DNA from: a virus
Length of the DNA: 64,000 nt
Virus record (IMG/VR): IMGVR_UViG_3300044825_001821
Span: 64,001-128,000 of that record
Reading direction: 5' to 3' (one strand)
The translations under genes were made by a program, and so were the position numbers. Within the stretch, counting starts at the first letter, position 1. Each line of letters starts with the position of its first letter. The notes under the pieces are model-generated. The model ran no database searches and was not told the DNA's origin. It saw only the letters and a program-made list of their open reading frames with translations. Shown in pieces: positions 9,378-18,267 of this stretch.

Positions 9378-9812
9378 TTATCTGATGCCTAGATGTCTTT
9401 CAGTTAAAATCTGAAACTGCCAACCATGATCTTTACAGAACTCTTCGGCAGCATACCATTTGGCTTTATTAATTTCGTAAGTGATTACTTCTTGTAGAAA
9501 CGATTTTGTTTTACGTTTTTGTGTGGGTGGTTGAGTTTGTTTTTCTGGTTTAACTTCTATAATATAAGTCATTACCGTACCATCTGCTTTACGCATCTTA
9601 GCAATAAAGTCTGGAAAGTATCGATGTCTTTTTTTATCAACTGGACTGATATAAGGTATAGGAAGTTCTTCCGAACCCCACCAAATGACGTTCGGATTCT
9701 CATCTAAATAATTCATTACCTTTATTTCCCACGTAGACCTATAGATGATGTTATTTGCATCACCCTTGTATTTCTGCGGGTTTTTCGGTCTAAATCTTCC
9801 TTTATTTGACAT
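9378..9812 (-). CDS. 4: Head completion nuclease gp4
   Basis: GRFRPKNPQKYKGD..NIIYRSTWE, W.SEE..IPY, HRYFPDF, EVKP, NKAKW.AA..FC...GW.F.ILTE. Confidence 0.95.
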   Translation of the reverse strand: MSNKGRFRPKNPQKYKGDANNIIYRSTWEIKVMNYLDENPNVIWWGSEELPIPYISPVDKKRHRYFPDFIAKMRKADGTVMTYIIEVKPEKQTQPPTQKRKTKSFLQEVITYEINKAKWYAAEEFCKDHGWQFQILTERHLGIR

Positions 9813-9817
9813 AAATA
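9810..9817 (+). promoter_or_regulatory. Late promoter variant CATAAATA
   Basis: At the strand switch, 28 nt before the gp48 ATG; 7/8 match to T4 TATAAATA. Confidence 0.6.
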
Positions 9818-9845
9818 CTATCTAGTCAATCTAACAGGAAACCTC

Positions 9846-11201
9846 ATGGCATTCTTCGGTCTAACAGACATCAAATTTAATCAAATTGATCCTAGAGCAT
9901 TTGGACCGCTTGCTGCTCTAGAAGGCTCACCATTCGAAAAAACTACACTCAAATATCCTCTTGACATTGGTAGTCCTGACAAAGGCCACTACATGGTTTT
10001 CTTTGTAAGAGAACAAAAAAATACATCGTATGGTTCCGAAACAAGAGGTGGAAGAACTTTTGCAAAAGAAGAAGAAAAAGCAATATACGATGCTCTGAAT
10101 AGATCGACACAATTTTTAGGTGGTGGTGTTGGTGCGGGCAAACAAACTTTTGCTGACACGATCAATGAAAAACTAACCAACTTAGTTTCAAAAGGCACTT
10201 CTTCTGTAATACAAAAATTCGGAAGTGGTAGCACTGCTGGTAAAGTATCTGGAGTAATTGATAGTTTTATAAAAGGTCCTCAAGCATCAAGTCAGCTAAG
10301 AGATGAAAGAGGAACTATTGAAACTTCAATCAAAGCAATTACTGACAAGAATGCATCAACTGCTGCTGGTGCCGAGTTCTTAGTAAGAACTAGATTAACA
10401 AATGAAGCAATTGCTTTGTATATGCCAGATACGTTGAACTTTGATTCGACTGCAAATTATACAGACATAAAGCCTGGTGAAGAACTTTTGGGGCAAGCAA
10501 TGGTTGCTGCTCCTAATCTAGTTGCCGCTGTAAAGGCAGGCGATACTAAAGGTATTTTGAACGCTGCTGCCAAGTCTGGTTTGGGTTCAATGATAGCACA
10601 ACAGTTAGCACAAAAGGCTGGCGTTGGTGCTGGAGTTTCACGTTTGGGTGCTTATTTTGCCACTGGTGGTGTAACAAATCCAATGATTGAACTCATGTAT
10701 ACAGCACCAGACTTTCGTTCATTTCAGTTTGAATTTATGTTCTATCCAAGAAGTGAAAGAGAAGCACTTGAAGTACAAAGAATAATTGATCGTTTTCGTT
10801 TTCATCAAGCACCAGAATTGATGGGTGGCTTAACAGCACAAACTGGCCTGTTAATACCCCCATCAGAATTTGATATAAAATTCTTTTATGCTGGCAGACA
10901 AAACCCAAACTTACCTCCAATTGCAACTTGCGTTTTAAAATCTGTGCAAGTCAACTTTGCCCCACGTGGTTTCTCTGCTTATGAAACTGTTGGTGAAAAT
11001 AGTGCGGCTTTAGGTAGAACTGGTATGCCTGTTGCTATTCAAATGACACTTTCATTCCAAGAAACAACTTACATTACAAAAGAAGATTTCAGTCCACAAC
11101 AACTTGGCAATCCATACAAAACAGATTCAATTCGTTCTCAAGCAATGTACGCTGCTGGTGGCACTGGTGGTTTCGGTTTTGGACAAAATAAAATTAGTTA
11201 A
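9846..11201 (+). CDS. 48: Baseplate tail-tube cap gp48
   Basis: LKYPLD, IALYMPD, NP..ELMY..P.FRSF.FEF.FYPRS..EA..V..II..FRFHQAP, PSEFDIKF, CVL..V.VN, MTLSFQET. Confidence 0.88.
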   Translation: MAFFGLTDIKFNQIDPRAFGPLAALEGSPFEKTTLKYPLDIGSPDKGHYMVFFVREQKNTSYGSETRGGRTFAKEEEKAIYDALNRSTQFLGGGVGAGKQTFADTINEKLTNLVSKGTSSVIQKFGSGSTAGKVSGVIDSFIKGPQASSQLRDERGTIETSIKAITDKNASTAAGAEFLVRTRLTNEAIALYMPDTLNFDSTANYTDIKPGEELLGQAMVAAPNLVAAVKAGDTKGILNAAAKSGLGSMIAQQLAQKAGVGAGVSRLGAYFATGGVTNPMIELMYTAPDFRSFQFEFMFYPRSEREALEVQRIIDRFRFHQAPELMGGLTAQTGLLIPPSEFDIKFFYAGRQNPNLPPIATCVLKSVQVNFAPRGFSAYETVGENSAALGRTGMPVAIQMTLSFQETTYITKEDFSPQQLGNPYKTDSIRSQAMYAAGGTGGFGFGQNKIS

Positions 11202-11203
11202 AA

Positions 11204-11869
11204 ATGGCAAATTATTTTAATAACTTTCCTTTGACGTTTTATACGTTAGATGATAGAGGTACCAATCTTGATACCGTAACAAATATCATTTCACGTTTTA
11301 AATTTCAGTCTGCGTTAGAAGAAAACGCCGCCTCTTTCTATCGATATGATGTCAAAGATTCTGACACACCAGAATCAATAGCAACAAAGTATTATAATGA
11401 TCCAGAAAAACATTGGATTGTTTTGATGTTTAATAACATCATTGACCCACAGTATGATTGGCCTTTGAATTATTCTAACTTTATAAAATACGTGAATGAG
11501 AAATATTCGGCAAATGGTGCGGCAAATACAACTGTTCAATCTGGAATTACTTGGGCACAAAGTCCAAATAATGTGCATTCATACTACAAGATAACAACGA
11601 GGGCTTCTACTGTTTTGGGTCCTGATAACAGAACTATTTCTGAGAAAATTAGAATTACCGCAGATGTATATGCAAATGTATCTACTGGTAATACAGTTTA
11701 CACGTTAAGTGATGGTAAAAAAATAAGAGAAACTATCACAAAAGAAAAACTAACTTACTATGAATATGAAATGCAAGAAAATGAAAATAAAAGGTCTATA
11801 AAACTCTTGAAGCCACAGTTCGTTGCGGCCGTAATGGAAGAATTTAGACAATTAGTGAATCCGTCATGA
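11204..11869 (+). CDS. 53: Baseplate wedge protein gp53 (LysM-like)
   Basis: YF..FP, YDVKDSDTPESIA.KYY.DP..HWIVLMFNNIIDPQYDWP, YEYE..ENE.KR.IKLLKP. Confidence 0.92.
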   Translation: MANYFNNFPLTFYTLDDRGTNLDTVTNIISRFKFQSALEENAASFYRYDVKDSDTPESIATKYYNDPEKHWIVLMFNNIIDPQYDWPLNYSNFIKYVNEKYSANGAANTTVQSGITWAQSPNNVHSYYKITTRASTVLGPDNRTISEKIRITADVYANVSTGNTVYTLSDGKKIRETITKEKLTYYEYEMQENENKRSIKLLKPQFVAAVMEEFRQLVNPS

Positions 11870-13221
11870 ACTTAGCAGAATCGACTCAATTTTTTATTAA
11901 AGAAGTTGCCATACAAAGTAAGGGTGGACCAATTGCCCTGAACAATATGGTTGAAGAAATACATCTTTATGACAATCTATTCTTACCTGTATCTTCAGGT
12001 GAGATTTTGGTTACTGATACTAAAAAACTTATTGAGAGAATTGATATAAAGAATGATGCTATACAGTTTTATATTTGTAAATCTCCTGAAGATTCTCTTG
12101 CCACTTACAAAAAAGCATTTAGAATATATTCAATTTCACATCGTAAAAATTTAAACAATAGCAGTGAATCTTATATCATACATTTTGTGGATGATGAACT
12201 CATTTATTCAGAGCAGAAAAAAGTTTCAATGTCATTTGATGGTAAGTATTCTAAACTCGTAGAAAAAATATTAACAGATAAAAGAATGGGTTTGGGGTTA
12301 GACCTAAACAAAATTAGTCGAATTGAAGAATCATCAGGCATTCGTAATATAAACGTAAACAATTTGTCTCCGTTTTCTGCAATAGAGTGGTGTGCCAAAC
12401 GAGCATTAAACCCCAAAGAAATTCCTGACTTTTTGTTTTTTTCAAATAGAGCGGGTTACAATTTTTCTTCATTATCACGTTTATTGACAAATGAATCCAT
12501 CTTAGACATTACATTCTCACCAAAAAATTTAGAACCTAATCAAGCGTTCTCTGAATTGAGTAGAGCAAGAGGATTTGAAGTTGTGTCACAATTTGATTCA
12601 ATATCAAGAATCAAGAGTGGTGTTGATGCAGGAGTTTTTATAGGATTTGATCCTATTACTAGAACTTTAGGTGAACAACCAATATCTGGCGACAAGACAT
12701 ATGATTCAATGGCGCATGGTAATAAAAACGCTCAAGGTTCGGAGATAATTAATAGAGATGGTACTTCAAACAAAACTAATTGGAATTCAAATCAGGTTCT
12801 AAGTGTAAACACTAAAAATCAGAAGAACAGCAAGTACCAAAAAAAGAGAGACCCAACTTCTATTTCAAAAAATGAAACTACAGAGTTGTTTACACAACAG
12901 AGAAGAGCCATATTAGCTAGACTGATGGAAAGAAGATTGAAGATAGTCATGCCTGGTAATTTTCAACTTTCTTCTGGATACAACGTAAATGTAATTGCTC
13001 CAGGTTTCGGTGAGCAATTAAAAAATGGTGATGTGAATTTTGACAGAAGTTTGGGGGGTAAATATATTATTATTGGAACACGACACATTTTGAGTTTGCG
13101 CCGTCATGTTACTATAATTGAAGTCGCTACAGATTCTACAAATGATGATAGAAAGCTTGCAACGACACAAACACAAAAAGAAGTTTTACAAAAATATGAT
13201 CAACCAATCAATACAATATAA
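11866..13221 (+). CDS. Putative baseplate hub protein (gp27-like)
   Basis: 451 aa between gp53 and gp5; motifs P.SAIEW, FLFF....G..F.SL, MPGN..L..G, GKYII...RH typical of contractile-tail hubs. Confidence 0.6.
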   Translation: MNLAESTQFFIKEVAIQSKGGPIALNNMVEEIHLYDNLFLPVSSGEILVTDTKKLIERIDIKNDAIQFYICKSPEDSLATYKKAFRIYSISHRKNLNNSSESYIIHFVDDELIYSEQKKVSMSFDGKYSKLVEKILTDKRMGLGLDLNKISRIEESSGIRNINVNNLSPFSAIEWCAKRALNPKEIPDFLFFSNRAGYNFSSLSRLLTNESILDITFSPKNLEPNQAFSELSRARGFEVVSQFDSISRIKSGVDAGVFIGFDPITRTLGEQPISGDKTYDSMAHGNKNAQGSEIINRDGTSNKTNWNSNQVLSVNTKNQKNSKYQKKRDPTSISKNETTELFTQQRRAILARLMERRLKIVMPGNFQLSSGYNVNVIAPGFGEQLKNGDVNFDRSLGGKYIIIGTRHILSLRRHVTIIEVATDSTNDDRKLATTQTQKEVLQKYDQPINTI

Positions 13222-14318
13222 TGGATAAAAAAAATTTTGCTGGTAAAGATGGTTTCATCTGGTGGACTGGAATCGTTGAAGATAGACAAGACCCATTAAA
13301 GTTAGGTCGTTGTCGTGTGCGTTGTCTAGGATGGCACGCCACAAATAAAATGGAACTTCCTACTAAAAATCTACCTTGGGCTGTTCCTGTCATTCCTGTA
13401 AACTCAGCGAATGTCTATACGCCAAATGAAGGTGATATGATGTTTGGTTTTTTTCTTGATGGTGAAAACGCTCAGTATCCTGTGATGCTTGGTAGTTTTC
13501 CAAGTATACCACTGAAGGCACCAAATCGTCAAGAAGCTTTTTCTGATCCAAGAACAGACGCAGAACTTTCTTCTGCGCCAAGAGCACCAAAATCTAAATC
13601 ATATAGAACTAATGGTTCTGGTGTACAAATAACCGAACAAGATAAGGCATCTTTGTATCCTTTTAATTTAGATGAACCAACAACTTCAAGAATTGCTCGA
13701 AACGATGAAGAGTCTATAAAAAATACTTTCATTCAAGAACGTAAAGATAACGTTGTTAAATCTGTTCCTGTTGCGGAGACTAGTGCTTGGACTGAACCAA
13801 CAACACAGTACGCAGCAAAATATCCATACAATAATGTTACTGAAACTGAATCTGGACACATTATGGAGTTTGATGATACTGTCGGTAAAGAACGTATTCA
13901 TCTTGCACATCGTAATGGTTCATTTCAAGAATGGTTTCCTGCGGGTGATAAAGTAGAAAAGATTACAAAAGATAATTATGAAATTGTCATGGGTAATGAC
14001 CGTGTTTACATAATGGGCAAATGTTTTGTTACGGTTCAAGGTGATGCCGAAGTTTATGTAAAAGAAAATGCTTATGTTAAAGTAGATAAGAATGTTAAAA
14101 TGACTGTTGGTAAAAATGTTGATGCCACAGTTAAGGGTGATGTAACTGCCACAGTCGATGGTAATCTCAATGGCACGATTAAAAAGAATGCTACGTTGGC
14201 TGTAACACAGCAATTAAAAGCTACTTGTCAAACATTAGACCTTAGAGCAAGTGGAACGGCGTTAATTAAATCTGGTGGTACTATGACTATACAAGGATCA
14301 ATAATTAGGTTGAACTAA
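13221..14318 (+). CDS. 5: Baseplate central spike gp5 (OB fold + beta-helix, no lysozyme domain)
   Basis: WWTGIVEDRQDPLKLGRCRVRC.G.H, LPWA, GFFLDGENAQYPVMLG, YPYN.V.ETESGH..EFDDT...ERI...H, C-terminal V.G repeats. Confidence 0.92.
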   Translation: MDKKNFAGKDGFIWWTGIVEDRQDPLKLGRCRVRCLGWHATNKMELPTKNLPWAVPVIPVNSANVYTPNEGDMMFGFFLDGENAQYPVMLGSFPSIPLKAPNRQEAFSDPRTDAELSSAPRAPKSKSYRTNGSGVQITEQDKASLYPFNLDEPTTSRIARNDEESIKNTFIQERKDNVVKSVPVAETSAWTEPTTQYAAKYPYNNVTETESGHIMEFDDTVGKERIHLAHRNGSFQEWFPAGDKVEKITKDNYEIVMGNDRVYIMGKCFVTVQGDAEVYVKENAYVKVDKNVKMTVGKNVDATVKGDVTATVDGNLNGTIKKNATLAVTQQLKATCQTLDLRASGTALIKSGGTMTIQGSIIRLN

Positions 14319-14320
14319 AC

Positions 14321-14518
14321 ATGAAACATGAATTTATTATTTTAGAAGATGGTGAATTGAAAACGTATACTCGTTTTGAAGATATACCAAAAAAATTTGA
14401 TGCGGTAATAAAGTTTAATCCATATATGCCACCGCCACCACACACAAAAGAAGATCATGAAGAGATAGAATCTTGGATGCCAAGATTTCGAGAGTTAATG
14501 AAAAGAGGAACATTGTAA
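14321..14518 (+). CDS. Small hypothetical protein (gp5-PAAR interval)
   Basis: 65 aa, tightly packed with neighbours; IP..FD.VIKF.P..PPPPH..EDHEEI. Confidence 0.6.
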   Translation: MKHEFIILEDGELKTYTRFEDIPKKFDAVIKFNPYMPPPPHTKEDHEEIESWMPRFRELMKRGTL

Positions 14519-14521
14519 TAA

Positions 14522-15472
14522 ATGGCTTTATCAACATATGGTACACAATTTAGAGTAATACCTGCTGGAGAAACTGTGACGTTTTCACATGCCAAAACTT
14601 TGGTTGATGGGGGACAACCTGTTAATGTTTCGTTTGTAAATGCTAAGGTTGATAAAGGATTATCAACAGAGGGTGTCATAACTAGTGCTGTAATGTCAAA
14701 CACAAGTTGTGTTCTTACATCTGTGGGTTTGTTGCAGTTTTATATAACAACTTATACTTTGTCTGGAAAATATGGAGATGATTTAGCTACAAGAGATATC
14801 TATCAGGTAATAAACACGAACAACTATGATGAAAACGCCTCTAGTTTTTATGAATCAGAAGCAAAACCAACTGGCGATTTTCCAGTGACTACGTACAATA
14901 GTTATTCAGCACTACTTGCGGCAAAAGCACCTTCACACAGTTCAACAACAGGGTGGAATAATATTGTAAAATTTTATCCTGATGACTCAGCAGAAAAAAC
15001 TGTAACTTTCACTTTTCTTGCACAGGGAGTTACAACTGAGTTTACTCAAAAGGTACACTTAATACCTACTAGGTATTTTACACGGTTAAACACTTTGATG
15101 AATAACATATATGCTGAAGAAAATCCAAGCAGTCCATCAAGAACGATAATTGAATATCAGTTTGCTTTAGATACTTTTACGGCAGATGGAATACTAACAA
15201 CTTTTGGACCAATGTCCAGAACACCTAGCTATAAAACGGGAACAACAGAGTATAATGTTGCAGTTTATTTTGCTGGAAGTAATTTGGTTGTAACACCTTC
15301 AATGTACACAATAAGTGGTAATTATATAACTTTTACTTCTGCTCCTCCCGCAGGCACAATAAAAGTTTATCATACGGATGATGCAGGGAATTGGTTATCG
15401 GTTGGAGATGGTGCATCTGCGACTCCAACATATACATCAGACCCAGCAGGTTGGGTAGAACCTGCCGAATAA
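14522..15472 (+). CDS. Putative virion protein with C-terminal small beta-sandwich domain
   Basis: 316 aa, Thr/Ser rich; FTADG..TTF...YTISGNYITFTSAPPAG domain shared with fibre proteins. Confidence 0.6.
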   Translation: MALSTYGTQFRVIPAGETVTFSHAKTLVDGGQPVNVSFVNAKVDKGLSTEGVITSAVMSNTSCVLTSVGLLQFYITTYTLSGKYGDDLATRDIYQVINTNNYDENASSFYESEAKPTGDFPVTTYNSYSALLAAKAPSHSSTTGWNNIVKFYPDDSAEKTVTFTFLAQGVTTEFTQKVHLIPTRYFTRLNTLMNNIYAEENPSSPSRTIIEYQFALDTFTADGILTTFGPMSRTPSYKTGTTEYNVAVYFAGSNLVVTPSMYTISGNYITFTSAPPAGTIKVYHTDDAGNWLSVGDGASATPTYTSDPAGWVEPAE

Positions 15473-15482
15473 GGAGAAAATT

Positions 15483-15773
15483 ATGCCAGCAGCATGTAGA
15501 ATTGGAGATATGGATATTACGCATTGTTCAACACCATCAAGAGCCCAAGGCTCAACGAATGTTTTAGTGAATGGTATACCTTGGAGTTGCCAAGGTCATA
15601 TTAATACGCCACATTTGATTCCTGGAGATGACCCATGTTTTGTTCATTCTGCGGCAATTTCATCTGGCTCAAGTACCGTAAGAGTTAATGGTAGAGGTGC
15701 TGGTCGTGTTGGTGATGGTATTGGGGGATGTACTGCTGTTGCTGCTGGTTCACCAAATGTTTTTGCAGGCTGA
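15483..15773 (+). CDS. PAAR spike-tip protein (gp5.4-like)
   Basis: MPAACRIGD, GS.NV.VNG, RVGD, GSPNVFAG; Cys/His Zn ligands. Confidence 0.9.
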   Translation: MPAACRIGDMDITHCSTPSRAQGSTNVLVNGIPWSCQGHINTPHLIPGDDPCFVHSAAISSGSSTVRVNGRGAGRVGDGIGGCTAVAAGSPNVFAG

Positions 15774-15784
15774 ATAAATAAAAC

Positions 15785-16207
15785 ATGACTACCACAATAG
15801 TATCAAATAATCCTAGAATCAAGTCTGAAAGATCGTACAGAGATTTAGACTTATCTTTTACTGTGCATCCTGTTAAGAAGGATGTGTCTAAGCATCTCAA
15901 CGAGTATGCTGTAATCAACTCAGTAAAAAACTTAATATCTACTAACTTTTTTGAACGCCCATTTAGACCGCAGATAGGAAGTGGTTTAAGAAGTCTATTA
16001 TTTGAAAATGTAGACCCTATTATTTCAGCGCAAATAGAAAGAGCAATACAAGAAACAATTTTGAACTATGAACCAAGAGTTGAAATAACAAATGTTTCTG
16101 TAACTGCTTATCCTGATGATAATCGTTATAATGTATCGATGACCTTTTTTATTATTAATAATCCAAACCCAATTACTATTGACTTTTTCTTAGAGAGAAT
16201 TAGATAA
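15785..16207 (+). CDS. 25: Baseplate wedge subunit gp25
   Basis: DLDL.F..HP, AV.NSVKNLI.TN..ERPF.P.IGS, LFEN, I.NYEPRV; preceded by AATAAATA (15773-15780). Confidence 0.95.
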   Translation: MTTTIVSNNPRIKSERSYRDLDLSFTVHPVKKDVSKHLNEYAVINSVKNLISTNFFERPFRPQIGSGLRSLLFENVDPIISAQIERAIQETILNYEPRVEITNVSVTAYPDDNRYNVSMTFFIINNPNPITIDFFLERIR

Positions 16208-16209
16208 AA

Positions 16210-18267
16210 ATGGCAGATCGTTTAACGGTAACTGACCTTGATTTTGATACTATCAAGGAAAATTTAAAGACGTTTCTTAATCAACAGTCGGAGTTTACCG
16301 ACTATGATTTTGAAGGTTCTGGCCTGAATATTCTTTTAGATATTCTTGCTTACAATACTCATTATCAAGCATATTACTTGAACATGATTGCCAATGAAGC
16401 ATTCATGGATACCGCTCTGTTACGTGATTCGGTTGTTTCACATGCCAAAACTTTAGGGTACGTGCCTTACTCACGTAAAGCGCCAAGCGCAAAAATTAAC
16501 TTTACAGTAAACACAAGTACAAGCACAGCAGCAACACTGACAATACCTAAAGGGTTCAAATTTATTTCCAATGAAATTGATGGAGTGAGTTATAGTTTTG
16601 TGACTTTGGCTGAAAAAGTTATAACAAAAGCTAATACTGATTTTAGTTTTATTGATCTGCCAATTTACGAAGGCCAGTTGGTCACGTATACGTATGTTCA
16701 CAATCAGGCGACTAACCCAAAACAAATATTCAAAATTCCAGATTCTGGAATTGATACTTCGACGATTTCTGTTACTGTCCAACCATCTCAAGGTAATACT
16801 TCTGTAGAAGTGTTTTCTTTGGCAACGGATGCTTCTGAGACAGAAGTGTATTCTCCTGTCTTTTATTTACAAGAAGGTAAAGCACAGACATATGATATCT
16901 ATTTTGGAAATGATGCTATTGGAAAATCTATTGCTGATGGTTCAGTAGTTACAATTTCATACTTGATCACGAATGGTTCGTTGGCAAATAAAGCGAACAA
17001 TTTTGTTGCTACCGATTCATTGGTTGATTCATTAGGCAATTCTCAAACAGATTTCATAATTGATCCTGTGTCTGAAGCGACTGGTGGTTCGGAAAGAGAA
17101 TCTGTTGACAGTATTAAATTTACTGCTCCTTTGCAATTCACAACGCAAAATCGTTTGGTAACATTTAAAGATTATGAAACATATATTCAGAAAACATATC
17201 CATCGGTAGACTCTGTTTCTGTGTGGGGTGGAGAAGATGAGACACCTCCAACATTTGGTACAGTTTACGTTGCACTAAAACCAAAACAAAATTATTACTT
17301 AACCGATACGGAAAAACAAAGAATTATTGATGAGGTTATTAAACCTAAAGCGGTTGTTGCTGTTCAAACTATAATTCGTGATCCAGAATTTGTTTATTTA
17401 CTATTGACCAATGAAGTTAGTTATGATGCCAAGAAAACTACACAAACTGAAGAGCAATTAAAAACATCAATTAGAAATGCAATTTTAAATTATAAGAGCA
17501 CATACTTAGATAAATTTTCTGGTAAGTTTGTTGCATCAAGAGTACAGGATGCTATTGATTCCGTTGATAGAGTTGCAATTTTAGGTTCTAAAGTTACAGT
17601 TCGAGTTCAAAAAAGATTTGAACCCGATCTAACTGCTTCTGTTCCTTATACAATTAGCTTTAACGTTCCTTTGAAAAGAGGTACAATTGGTAACAAAATG
17701 ACTTCAACATTCTTTGCTGTTGATGATTCTTCTGGTGTTGAAAGAGAGGTTCAGTTTGATGAAGTACCTCAATCATTCTCTGGAATCACTGCAATTGAAG
17801 TTATTAACCCTGGCCAACAGTATACAACTGCGCCAACAGTGACTATTAATGGTGATGGAGAAGGTGCAACTGCTGTGGCAAGAATTGTTAATGGAAGTAT
17901 TGCAGCAATTGATATCACAAATAGGGGAATTGATTACACAAGAGCCACGGTAACAATTAGTGGGGGTGGTGGTTTTGGTGGAGAGGGTGCTGTGGTGATT
18001 GATGGTAGAGTTGGAACTATTCGCACAGTTTACTACGATTCTAGATCACAAAGACAAATTGTTGATGAAAACGCAGGTACGATTGACTATGATGCCGGTG
18101 TCATTAATATATCGAATATTTTAATTAAAAGAGTCATCTCTGATGATGATTTAATTCGTCTTTCGATTGAATTAAATAAAGGTATTGTAGATACAGCAAA
18201 AAATGTCATCATGACGATTGATGAATTTGATCCAAGTTCAATTAGCACAACATTAGAAGCAGAATGA
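16210..18267 (+). CDS. 6: Baseplate wedge subunit gp6
   Basis: LDFDTIK.NLK.FL..Q.EFTDYDFEGSGL.ILLD.LAYNTHY, NEAFMDTA.LRDSVVSHAK.LGY.P, QNRLVT..DYE, VWGGED. Confidence 0.96.
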   Translation: MADRLTVTDLDFDTIKENLKTFLNQQSEFTDYDFEGSGLNILLDILAYNTHYQAYYLNMIANEAFMDTALLRDSVVSHAKTLGYVPYSRKAPSAKINFTVNTSTSTAATLTIPKGFKFISNEIDGVSYSFVTLAEKVITKANTDFSFIDLPIYEGQLVTYTYVHNQATNPKQIFKIPDSGIDTSTISVTVQPSQGNTSVEVFSLATDASETEVYSPVFYLQEGKAQTYDIYFGNDAIGKSIADGSVVTISYLITNGSLANKANNFVATDSLVDSLGNSQTDFIIDPVSEATGGSERESVDSIKFTAPLQFTTQNRLVTFKDYETYIQKTYPSVDSVSVWGGEDETPPTFGTVYVALKPKQNYYLTDTEKQRIIDEVIKPKAVVAVQTIIRDPEFVYLLLTNEVSYDAKKTTQTEEQLKTSIRNAILNYKSTYLDKFSGKFVASRVQDAIDSVDRVAILGSKVTVRVQKRFEPDLTASVPYTISFNVPLKRGTIGNKMTSTFFAVDDSSGVEREVQFDEVPQSFSGITAIEVINPGQQYTTAPTVTINGDGEGATAVARIVNGSIAAIDITNRGIDYTRATVTISGGGGFGGEGAVVIDGRVGTIRTVYYDSRSQRQIVDENAGTIDYDAGVINISNILIKRVISDDDLIRLSIELNKGIVDTAKNVIMTIDEFDPSSISTTLEAE

